DNA from: Blochmannia endosymbiont of Camponotus modoc
Lineage (GTDB): Bacteria > Pseudomonadota > Gammaproteobacteria > Enterobacterales > Enterobacteriaceae
Assembly: GCF_023585785.1 (NCBI RefSeq)
Contig: NZ_CP097765.1
Coordinates: 180,001-212,000 of the forward strand
Reading direction: 5' to 3'
Length of the DNA: 32,000 nucleotides
In this document: positions 18,926 through 27,431 of the stretch, one piece after another
Layout: every line of letters begins with the position of its first letter
Numbering within the stretch: position 1 is the first letter of the stretch
Notes under the pieces: generated by a model
What the model saw: the letters and a program-made list of their open reading frames with translations, nothing else
What the model was told of the DNA's origin: nothing
The model's database searches: none
Position numbers and translations under genes: made by a program

Positions 18926-19399
18926 ATGACAAATAATCAAGTGATTATCGATTTACAATTAGCATGTAAAAATTTACATGGATTACCTAATCGGAAAATG
19001 TTTCAGTCGTGGGTATCTGCTATATTTTCTGTATATAAAAAAAAAATAGAATTAACTGTACGTATAGTAGATATAAAAGAGATGCGCTATTTAAATTGGT
19101 ATTATTTAAAAAAAGATTGCCCCACTAATGTTTTATCATTTCCTTTTACTCCGCCATTAGGAATAAAATCCCCATTACTTGGTGATGTAGTGCTTTGTCG
19201 TCAGGTCATAGAATACGAATCTAAAGAAAAAAATGTACCTGGTAGATCACATTGGGCACATATGATAATTCATGGGTCACTACATTTATTAGGGTATAAT
19301 CATAATGTGGACAAAGAAGCTATATTAATGCAACGAGTAGAAAGAAATATACTTCAGCAATGTGGATATCGAACGTGTTGTCATGTTGCACATAGATAA
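18926..19399 (+). CDS. ybeY: endoribonuclease YbeY (16S rRNA 3'-end maturation)
   Basis: 157 aa. VIIDLQLAC, PTNVLSFPF, LGDVVLCRQV and the metal-binding motif HWAHMIIHGSLHLLGYNH (H-x3-H-x5-H) match E. coli YbeY. It carries an in-frame A10 tract at 19037-19046. Confidence 0.94.
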   Translation: MTNNQVIIDLQLACKNLHGLPNRKMFQSWVSAIFSVYKKKIELTVRIVDIKEMRYLNWYYLKKDCPTNVLSFPFTPPLGIKSPLLGDVVLCRQVIEYESKEKNVPGRSHWAHMIIHGSLHLLGYNHNVDKEAILMQRVERNILQQCGYRTCCHVAHR

Positions 19400-19432
19400 T
19401 AAAATTTTTTATAAGATATAGTAAATAATATT

Positions 19433-20317
19433 ATGAATAATAATAATTCAGAGGAGAACGTTAATTCTATTCGTAAAAAAAGTTTTTTCACTTTTATATT
19501 ACATCATCTCTTTCATAGTAGTCCTAAAAATCGCAATGATTTATTAAGTTTAATACGTGATTTCGAACAAAATTCTTTGATAAATTCAGATACTCGAGAT
19601 ATGTTAGAAGGGGTTATGGATATTGTTGAACAAAAAGTTAGAGATGTTATGGTACCTAGGGCGCAAATTATTTTTTTGAAAAATACCCAGTCTTGGGATG
19701 AACAACTTAACATTATTATAGAATCTGCTCATTCTAGATTTCCAGTGTTATATGGCAATCAAGATAAAATTAAGGGTGTTTTGATTGCTAAAGATTTATT
19801 ACCATTCATATTAAAACAATCACAACCATGTAGTATTGATAAAATTTTACGTCCAGCAATGGTAGTGCCAGAACATAAAGGAGTAGATAGAATGTTACAA
19901 GAATTTCGTCTACAACGCTGTCATATGGCTATTGTAATAGATGAATTTGGAGGAATGTCTGGACTGATTACTATCGAAGACATATTAGAATTAATTGTTG
20001 GTGAGATTGAAGATGAGTACGATAATAAAGATAGTTTTAATATTTGTCAAATAAACCAACATACTTTTATTATTAACGCATTAACTCCTGTTGCAGACTT
20101 TAATAACATGTTTAACACCTGTTTTCATAATGAAGAAATAGATACTATTGGAGGTTTTATTATGCAATCTTTCGGGCATTTACCTACAAATGGGGAATCT
20201 ATTGATATTTTAGGCTACAAATTTAAAGTTACACTCATAGACAGTCATCGTATTGTGCAATTACTTGTACAAATTCCCAAAAACTCATTATATACGCCTA
20301 AAGAAAATAATTTGTAG
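19433..20317 (+). CDS. corC: CBS-domain Mg/Co efflux-associated protein CorC (YbeX)
   Basis: 294 aa. DTRDMLEGVMDIVEQKVRDVMVPR, IIESAHSRFPV, HMAIVIDEFGGMSGLITIEDILELIVGEIEDEYD and DTIGGFIMQSFGHLP closely match E. coli YbeX. Confidence 0.95.
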   Translation: MNNNNSEENVNSIRKKSFFTFILHHLFHSSPKNRNDLLSLIRDFEQNSLINSDTRDMLEGVMDIVEQKVRDVMVPRAQIIFLKNTQSWDEQLNIIIESAHSRFPVLYGNQDKIKGVLIAKDLLPFILKQSQPCSIDKILRPAMVVPEHKGVDRMLQEFRLQRCHMAIVIDEFGGMSGLITIEDILELIVGEIEDEYDNKDSFNICQINQHTFIINALTPVADFNNMFNTCFHNEEIDTIGGFIMQSFGHLPTNGESIDILGYKFKVTLIDSHRIVQLLVQIPKNSLYTPKENNL

Positions 20318-20319
20318 AT

Positions 20320-21852
20320 ATGATTTTTGTTGTTACTACATATTATAAATATAAACAATATTTTGGGTTTTTTATAGTGTTGTTATTTGGAGCATTCGGT
20401 ATTTTAGGGTTTTCTCCATATAATTTTTGGCCAGCTAGTATTATCTCCTTAACTGTTTTTTTAAAAACAATTTTAGATTCTACATGGAAAAAAGCCGCAT
20501 GGAATACATTTTTTTGGGGTATTGGATTTTTTGGTAGCGGGTTACAATGGATCTATATAAGTATAGACCAATTCAGTAATATGTGTAACTGTATCAATAT
20601 TTTATTAATTGTTTTTTTGGTGTTGTATCTGATACTATTTCCTATATTATTTTCTGTTTTATTGTCGCTGATACAATCATATACAACTATATGGTGCGCA
20701 GTAAGCGTTGCTCCAGTGATATGGTCAATTGTTGAATATATCAGGGGGCATATGCTCACCGGATTTCCATGGCTACAATTTGGATATAGTCAAATTGATG
20801 GTCCCCTCAAAGGTATTGCCCCTATTTTTGGTGTAGAAGGCATTACATTTACTCTTATTTTAATCAGTGGATTATTGGCTGTTTCTATCAAAAGAGCACA
20901 ATTATCGTCAGTGACCATATCTTTCGGAATATTATTATTGTTATCACTCTTAACACAAATACAATGGTATCATTTGCAGCCACAACGCGCTGTTCACGTT
21001 TCTTTGGTGCAAGGTAATATTGATCAACATATAAAATGGAATTCTAATTATGTAGAAAAAATACTGCAGACATATATAAACCATACCTTACCTTTACTTG
21101 GCAAAACAAAAATAGTTATTTGGCCTGAGTCAGCTATTCCGGGAAATGAAATTGAACATAATACAATTTTAACATTATTAGATCATAAATGTAGACAATC
21201 TCAAACAAATTTAATTACCGGGATTATTGGAATACGTTGCACTCAAAACTATTATCATTACTATAATAGTGTTATAGTACTAGGAGAATCTGAATCCTAT
21301 AAATATCCGAATCGTAATCGATATGATAAACATCATTTAGTGTTATGGTCTGAAAAGTTTCCATTTCAAAGATTTTTTAAACCGCTACTGAATCTTTTTA
21401 ATGTACCTGTGCCTTTTATGCAAGAAGGTTGTTATTTTCAACCACAATTGAGTGTATCGTGCGTAAAAATGACTACTGCTATTTGTTATGAAATAATTCT
21501 TGGCAAACAAATACGTGATAATTTTAAATCTGATACTGATTTTTTATTAACTGTTGCAAATAACGCGTGGTTCGGTCATTCTATTGGACCATGGCAGTGT
21601 TTCCAAATGGCTCGTATGCGTGCCTTAGAATTAGGAAGACCTTTATTATGTAGTACAAATAATGGAATTACTGCGATTGTTAATGCAGATGGTTCTCTGC
21701 AAGCACAACTTCCTCAGTTTATTTCTGCAGTGCTTAGTGACAAGGTCATTCCAACCACAGGTTGGACACCATATGCAAAATTTGGATCCGGTTTTTTTTT
21801 AGGCATTATTATATATATATTTCTAATTTTTAAATGCAAAAATTATGTATAA
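20320..21852 (+). CDS. lnt: apolipoprotein N-acyltransferase
   Basis: 510 aa. LTGFPWLQFGYSQIDGPLKGIAPIFGVEG, IWPESAI (catalytic Glu), YDKHHLV (Lys), TTAICYEIILG (Cys) and FQMARMRALELGRPLL are collinear with E. coli Lnt. The start is 2 nt after the corC stop. Confidence 0.95.
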   Translation: MIFVVTTYYKYKQYFGFFIVLLFGAFGILGFSPYNFWPASIISLTVFLKTILDSTWKKAAWNTFFWGIGFFGSGLQWIYISIDQFSNMCNCINILLIVFLVLYLILFPILFSVLLSLIQSYTTIWCAVSVAPVIWSIVEYIRGHMLTGFPWLQFGYSQIDGPLKGIAPIFGVEGITFTLILISGLLAVSIKRAQLSSVTISFGILLLLSLLTQIQWYHLQPQRAVHVSLVQGNIDQHIKWNSNYVEKILQTYINHTLPLLGKTKIVIWPESAIPGNEIEHNTILTLLDHKCRQSQTNLITGIIGIRCTQNYYHYYNSVIVLGESESYKYPNRNRYDKHHLVLWSEKFPFQRFFKPLLNLFNVPVPFMQEGCYFQPQLSVSCVKMTTAICYEIILGKQIRDNFKSDTDFLLTVANNAWFGHSIGPWQCFQMARMRALELGRPLLCSTNNGITAIVNADGSLQAQLPQFISAVLSDKVIPTTGWTPYAKFGSGFFLGIIIYIFLIFKCKNYV

Positions 21853-22001
21853 TTTTAAAAAATTTTTATCAAATCTTCAAAATGAAGAAGTATATAATTA
21901 CACAGAAATCTCAAAGAGTATATGCTATACTTTTTATTAAGTATTAAAATAAACGTTTCTTATAAAATAAGGAACAAAATTGATCAAATGTTATTAATTA
22001 C

Positions 22002-22031
22002 GTATATATTGTTATATACTCGCTTTTTTTT
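22002..22031 (+). terminator. weak candidate terminator after the ybeZ-ybeY-corC-lnt unit
   Basis: A 7-bp stem (22002-22008 gtatata / 22013-22019 tatatac) with loop ttgt is followed by tcgc and a T8 run (22024-22031). The stem is short and AT-rich, so this call is tentative. Confidence 0.3.
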
Positions 22032-22126
22032 GGATAAAAATAATGTTTATTTAGAAAATATTAATATTTGTAATTAACTACAATTATTAATTAATTAACA
22101 TTTTTTAATTTATTGTGATATTTATT

Positions 22127-24742
22127 ATGCGTAAATCATATTCTCCAAGAGATATTGAAAGTGTTGTTCAAAAATATTGGCATAAAAATAAGACTTTTGC
22201 AGTAACAGAAGACAGTAATAAAGAAAAATATTATTGTTTATCTATGATTCCTTATCCATCTGGAAACTTACATATGGGGCATGTGCGTAATTATACAATT
22301 GGAGATGTAATCTCTCGATATCAACGCATGCTTGGAAAAAATGTATTACAACCTATAGGATGGGATGCTTTTGGATTGCCTGCAGAACATGCTGCAATTA
22401 AAAATAATACAAACCCATCAATCTGGACATACTCTAATATTAGTTATATGAAAAGTCAATTGCAATCATTAGGGTTTGCTTATGATTGGGATAGAGAGCT
22501 TATAACTTGTCACCCAGAATATTATCGATGGGAACAGTGGTTTTTTACTATATTATATAAAAAAGGTTTAGTATATAAAAAAACTGCATCAGTAAACTGG
22601 TGCTCATATCATAAAACGGTTTTGGCTAATGAGCAAGTTATTAATAATTGCTGTTGGCGTTGTCATACCCCTGTAAAATATAAAAGAATTCCGCAATGGT
22701 TTATAAGAATTACTAATTATGCGGATCAATTGTTACATGGATTAGATCAATTAGAACATTGGCCTGAAAAAGTAAAAGTTATGCAACGAAATTGGATTGG
22801 GCGTTCAGAAGGAGTAAATGTTACTTTTAAAATTGAAAATTCTAATGATACATTGACAATATATATGACTCGATTAGATATTTTCATGGGAATTACTTAT
22901 TTAATCATATCTACAGATCATCCAATAGCATTGCAGGTGGCAAAAATTGATTTAAATGTAGCTCATTTTATTCAAAAAAATGACGATTCTTATACTAAAT
23001 TAAACAAAAAAAATAGTTTTTATTTTGAAAAAAAAGGAATTCCTACTCATATCTATGCGATACATCCGATTACTAATAGTAAATTACCAATTTGGGTAGC
23101 CAATTTTGTAATACCTATGGAGTATGATGGAATAGGAGCAGCTATATCAATTCCAGCTCATAATCAACAAGATTGGGAATTTGCTCATAAATATGATCTG
23201 CCAATAAAACCTGTTATAAAGAATCTGGATGCAATTAAACCAAATATTGCGATGCAAGCAATGACTTGTGATGGTGGGATATTATTTAATTCTGGTGAAT
23301 TCGATGGATTAAGTTCTTGTACTGCGTCTAACGCGATTGTCAAATCGTTAATTGCGCGTGGTGTAGCCCAACATAAAGTGAATTATCGCTTAAAAGATTG
23401 GGGTATTTCGCGTCAACGTTATTGGGGGGTTCCTATCCCCATGGTAACATTATCTAATGGCATTGTTAAGCCAGTACTATTGGATCGATTGCCAGTAATT
23501 CTTCCAAAAAATATGTCAACTATACAACGAAGTAACGATGGATATGTCAATCATTCTTTAAAAATGTATCCTAACTGGATTCAAACCACTTATAAAGGGC
23601 AAACAGCCATTCGTGATACTGATACTTTTGATACTTTTATGGAGTCATCTTGGTATTATGCTCGTTATACTTGTCCTCATTATAATGAAGCTATGTTAAA
23701 TGTGCATGCTGCTAATTATTGGTTGCCAGTTGATCAATATATAGGTGGAATTGAACATGCTATTATGCATTTATTGTATTTTCGATTTTATCATAAACTA
23801 ATGCGTGATGAAGGATTAGTGTATTCTGATGAACCTGCAATACGTTTATTATGTCAAGGTATGGTATTAGCAGACTCTTTTTATTATACGTCTCCTAATG
23901 GCCAACATATATGGGTAGATCCAACTAATGTTACAATAAAACGTGATAGAATAGGAGGCATTATCAAAGCCATTGATAAAAATGGACGTGATTTAATTTA
24001 TGCTGGAATGTGTAAAATGTCAAAATCAAAAAATAATGGTATTGATCCAAATATAATTATTGAAAAATATGGCGCAGATGCAGTGCGGTTTTTTATAATG
24101 TTTGCTGCTCCCATTGAAGCACCATTGGAATGGAAAGAATCTGGAATAGAAGGTGCACAGCGTTTTCTGAAACGTATTTGGAACTTAATATATCGTCATA
24201 TCCAAGATGGACCTGTAGATGTATTACGTATTGTAATACTGAATCATGCTCAAAAATTTATTCGATACAATGTACATAAAACTATAGAAAAAGTTACTGA
24301 CGATATTGATCGTAGGCAATCATTTAATACTGCTTTATCGGCTATTATGAAATTAGTAAAAAAATTATACAACGCCCCTAAAACAAGCATGCAAGATAGA
24401 GCAGTATTACAAGAAGCTTTATTGGTAATAGTGAGGATGCTATATCCATTTACTCCACATATTAGTTTTATTTTATGGAAAGCCTTAGGAGGATCTGAAG
24501 ATATCGATAATGCAACATGGCCTATTGTAGATACACAAGCGATACAAAATGACAGAACGCTCGTTCTAGCACAAGTGAATGGAAAGATGCGACATAAAAT
24601 TTTTGTGCCGTTAAATAGTGATAAGAATGTAGTTTATAAACTGTTAGAAACAGAGGGAGTTTTAAATAAATATCTTATTGGAAAAAAAATAAATAATATA
24701 ATTTATGTTCCAAATAAAGTGATCAATATCATTGTAAAGTAG
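22127..24742 (+). CDS. leuS: leucyl-tRNA synthetase
   Basis: The track ORF starts at GTG 22115. I prefer ATG 22127 ([18 protein letters not shown] vs E. coli MQEQYRPEEIESKVQLHW). The HMGH (HIGH) and KMSKSKNN (KMSKS) motifs are present, and the protein is collinear with E. coli LeuS throughout, including the CP1 editing domain. Confidence 0.97.
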   Translation: MRKSYSPRDIESVVQKYWHKNKTFAVTEDSNKEKYYCLSMIPYPSGNLHMGHVRNYTIGDVISRYQRMLGKNVLQPIGWDAFGLPAEHAAIKNNTNPSIWTYSNISYMKSQLQSLGFAYDWDRELITCHPEYYRWEQWFFTILYKKGLVYKKTASVNWCSYHKTVLANEQVINNCCWRCHTPVKYKRIPQWFIRITNYADQLLHGLDQLEHWPEKVKVMQRNWIGRSEGVNVTFKIENSNDTLTIYMTRLDIFMGITYLIISTDHPIALQVAKIDLNVAHFIQKNDDSYTKLNKKNSFYFEKKGIPTHIYAIHPITNSKLPIWVANFVIPMEYDGIGAAISIPAHNQQDWEFAHKYDLPIKPVIKNLDAIKPNIAMQAMTCDGGILFNSGEFDGLSSCTASNAIVKSLIARGVAQHKVNYRLKDWGISRQRYWGVPIPMVTLSNGIVKPVLLDRLPVILPKNMSTIQRSNDGYVNHSLKMYPNWIQTTYKGQTAIRDTDTFDTFMESSWYYARYTCPHYNEAMLNVHAANYWLPVDQYIGGIEHAIMHLLYFRFYHKLMRDEGLVYSDEPAIRLLCQGMVLADSFYYTSPNGQHIWVDPTNVTIKRDRIGGIIKAIDKNGRDLIYAGMCKMSKSKNNGIDPNIIIEKYGADAVRFFIMFAAPIEAPLEWKESGIEGAQRFLKRIWNLIYRHIQDGPVDVLRIVILNHAQKFIRYNVHKTIEKVTDDIDRRQSFNTALSAIMKLVKKLYNAPKTSMQDRAVLQEALLVIVRMLYPFTPHISFILWKALGGSEDIDNATWPIVDTQAIQNDRTLVLAQVNGKMRHKIFVPLNSDKNVVYKLLETEGVLNKYLIGKKINNIIYVPNKVINIIVK

Positions 24743-24785
24743 TAATATACTGGAGATTGCTCATATAAAAAAAATTATTTTTTTA

Positions 24786-25310
24786 ATGATTGTAAGTGTT
24801 TTGATTGTGATTATCTTTACAGGTTGTGGTTATCGATTATATACAGATATAACCATACAAAAATTACGAACAAATAATATAAGATCTATAATATTATGCA
24901 GTTATGACCCATTTGGTCCGATCACTCGAGCTATAATGACTGAGTTGTACGCAAGTCATATTGATATTTTTGATGATTTAAATGATTTACATGATCATGT
25001 ATGTACACGAGAGGCACAGATTCCTCGTTTAAATATCATCAATGCTTCAGAAAAACATATAACCACTTCTGTATTTCAAAACGGAAAAGAGGCTGGATAT
25101 CGATTGACATTGAGTATACAAACTCATTTATTCATTCCAAACAGAAATGATTGCCCCATCAGTGTTTACGTGTATCGTTCACTGATAAGAAATCCTGAAA
25201 AAGCTTTATTTAATGACACACAAGAAAATAATATTCGTAAAGAAATATATCGAGATGCAGCTCAACAGCTGATATATCAATTATTTCTGCGATGTGAAAA
25301 CTTTAGTTAG
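24786..25310 (+). CDS. lptE: LPS-assembly lipoprotein LptE (RlpB); the true start may be upstream (about 24765)
   Basis: 174 aa. The lipobox FTGC is followed by GYRL (E. coli TAGCGWHL). DPFGPITRAI (E. coli DPNGPLSRAV) and EIYRDAAQQLI (E. coli EMYDRAAEQLI) are conserved. The order leuS-lptE-holA is syntenic. Confidence 0.88.
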   Translation: MIVSVLIVIIFTGCGYRLYTDITIQKLRTNNIRSIILCSYDPFGPITRAIMTELYASHIDIFDDLNDLHDHVCTREAQIPRLNIINASEKHITTSVFQNGKEAGYRLTLSIQTHLFIPNRNDCPISVYVYRSLIRNPEKALFNDTQENNIRKEIYRDAAQQLIYQLFLRCENFS

Positions 25311-25374
25311 GATATGTTGTAAAATTATTTTTTATATTTAATATAAATTTTTTATTTCACCATTAAAATATATT

Positions 25375-26403
25375 ATGATTTGGATATACCCAGAACAATT
25401 GTTTATAGAATTGAAAAAAGAGTTGAAATCTGTTTATGTATTATTAGGGAATGATTCTTATTTTTTAGGAGATAGTTATCTGAATATTGTTAATACAGCC
25501 AGAATGCTAAATTTCAATGAATCTGTTAATATAGCATTGGATACGTATTCTGATTGGGAGAATATATTTAATTTTTTCAGGGTATCAAGTTTATTTGAAA
25601 AACGCAGAATATTATCCCTGAAATTTCCTCAAAATTATCCTGTTGCTATTTTAAAAGAAAACGTACCTTTATTATTCTCATTTCTTCATGATGATTTAGT
25701 ATTAATTTTATATATTCATGAATCAAATCAAATTAATAAAAATAATATTTGGTTACAATGTTTTAACAAAATAGGAATGTTCGTTGATTGCAGCACTCCT
25801 ACGCATACACGCTTGATAATGTGGATAGAAAATCAAGCTAAAAATATGAAACTTGTTATAGAAAATTTATCTTGTCAATTATTATGTTATTATTACGAAG
25901 GTAATTTAACATTATTAAATCAAACGTTGCAGAATTTGTCTTTAATCTATCCTGATGGAAATTTAAATTTTATTCGTGTAAAAAAAATAGTAACTGATTC
26001 AGCATTTTTTAACATGAATCATTGGATAGAATCGATTTTAACAGGCAACAAACAACGTGCTGATCGTATTCTAAAAAAATTGGAATATATAGGTGTCGAT
26101 TTAGAACTATTATTATGCAAAATTAGATCTGAAATACTGATGATAACTAATATGAAATACAATATGGTACAAGGAAAATCATTATTTAATTTGTTAAAAA
26201 AATATAAAATATATAGCAAGTATCATTGTATGTTATTATCTAGAGCCGTTAATCGATTAAGTTTATACCAATTACATCAAGCAATAGAATTGTTAGCGCA
26301 AATAGAATTAATATATAAAAAGGATTATATTGTTTTGTCACGATCAAGTTTTGAACTATTATCACTCATATTATGTTACGATAAAAAGGTTGCGCTTAAA
26401 TAA
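25375..26403 (+). CDS. holA: DNA polymerase III delta subunit
   Basis: 342 aa. MIWIYPEQLFIELKKELKSVYVLLGND matches E. coli MIRLYPEQLRAQLNEGLRAAYLLLGND. LCYYYEGNLTLLNQTLQNLSLIYPDG matches LCYCYEGNLLALAQALERLSLLWPDG. Confidence 0.93.
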   Translation: MIWIYPEQLFIELKKELKSVYVLLGNDSYFLGDSYLNIVNTARMLNFNESVNIALDTYSDWENIFNFFRVSSLFEKRRILSLKFPQNYPVAILKENVPLLFSFLHDDLVLILYIHESNQINKNNIWLQCFNKIGMFVDCSTPTHTRLIMWIENQAKNMKLVIENLSCQLLCYYYEGNLTLLNQTLQNLSLIYPDGNLNFIRVKKIVTDSAFFNMNHWIESILTGNKQRADRILKKLEYIGVDLELLLCKIRSEILMITNMKYNMVQGKSLFNLLKKYKIYSKYHCMLLSRAVNRLSLYQLHQAIELLAQIELIYKKDYIVLSRSSFELLSLILCYDKKVALK

Positions 26404-26493
26404 TGATTTTAGTCTAAATACGTTAGCCGTGTTTATAATAGAATTTTTATAAATCTTATTTATTAGATGATTTGCGATAATTATTTATTTAAA

Positions 26494-26532
26494 ACACATG
26501 CTTATATAAAAATATAAGCATGTGTTTTTTTT
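26494..26532 (+). terminator. rho-independent terminator downstream of holA (14-bp perfect stem, loop aaaa, T8 tail)
   Basis: acacatgcttatat (26494-26507) pairs perfectly with atataagcatgtgt (26512-26525). The stem runs straight into the T run 26525-26532. It lies 91 nt after the holA stop. Confidence 0.65.
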
Positions 26533-26986
26533 GTTATCCAAAATAATTCATAATAAAGATATTGATGATTTTGCTTGATTATATTGATGTGTTTAAAATA
26601 ATTTTTCAATTTTTTATTAAAAATAGTTATATGTGGATATAAATTGAGAAACTTATAATTATTATGCAATAAGATAATGATATCGTATACATTTAGTACG
26701 ATGATACATGTTCATAATTGAATATTTAACGGAATAATATTTTTATTTAGGCTACATAAAAACAACAAAACACAATAATAATTTGCCATTTACCGCATTT
26801 CTACAATAAATATAGATTTATAATGTTGTTTTTTATTAGAATTAACAATGTTAATAATTCTACATTTATCTTAAAAGTTAAAAATTGATAAGATAATTAT
26901 TGTATTATTTAATCAAATGCCATACATTATCTGTATATTAAAACAGTAGAAAAGTCACACGTAAATACATATTTAGGCATTAAATC

Positions 26987-27304
26987 GTGCAATCCGATGT
27001 TCTGAAAGAATTTATAGTTAATGTTATACATAACATACAGGGACGAGATGTTGCATGTTTTGATATGTCTGGTAAAACTAATATTACAGATATTATGATT
27101 ATTTGTACTGGTATGTCTCGTCGTCATGTAATTTCTATATCTCAAGATATATTGCGTAAATCTCGTGGTTTAGGGTTACAGCCTTATGGTGCAGAAGGTA
27201 TGCGCATTGGTGAATGGGTTTTAGTAGATCTAGGTGATTTAGTTATACATGTAATGCAAAAAGAAATTCGTAAATTATATGAATTAGAAAAGCTTTGGAA
27301 CTAA
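26987..27304 (+). CDS. rsfS: ribosomal silencing factor RsfS (YbeB)
   Basis: 105 aa, the same length as E. coli RsfS, with a GTG start. [41 protein letters not shown] matches E. coli [25 protein letters not shown]. Confidence 0.93.
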   Translation: [105 protein letters not shown]

Positions 27305-27431
27305 ACATAAATTATAAATATCTGTTTAGGATGTAGTATTTACGTGTGTATAGCAATCAATGCATCTATTAAATAAGTATATAATTATTTATATCGATGA
27401 TTAATATTAGATATAAATAGATTTTGATTAA

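Noticed and set aside
19513-19713. Short antisense ORFs inside conserved genes (this one in corC; also 20553..20759 in lnt, 26019..26219 in holA, 26927..27145 opposite rsfS, 28076..28276 in mrdA, 29723..29917 in mrdB)
   Set aside because: All are 64-72 aa and lie antisense to strongly conserved CDS. None has an independent translation signal or a recognisable motif.
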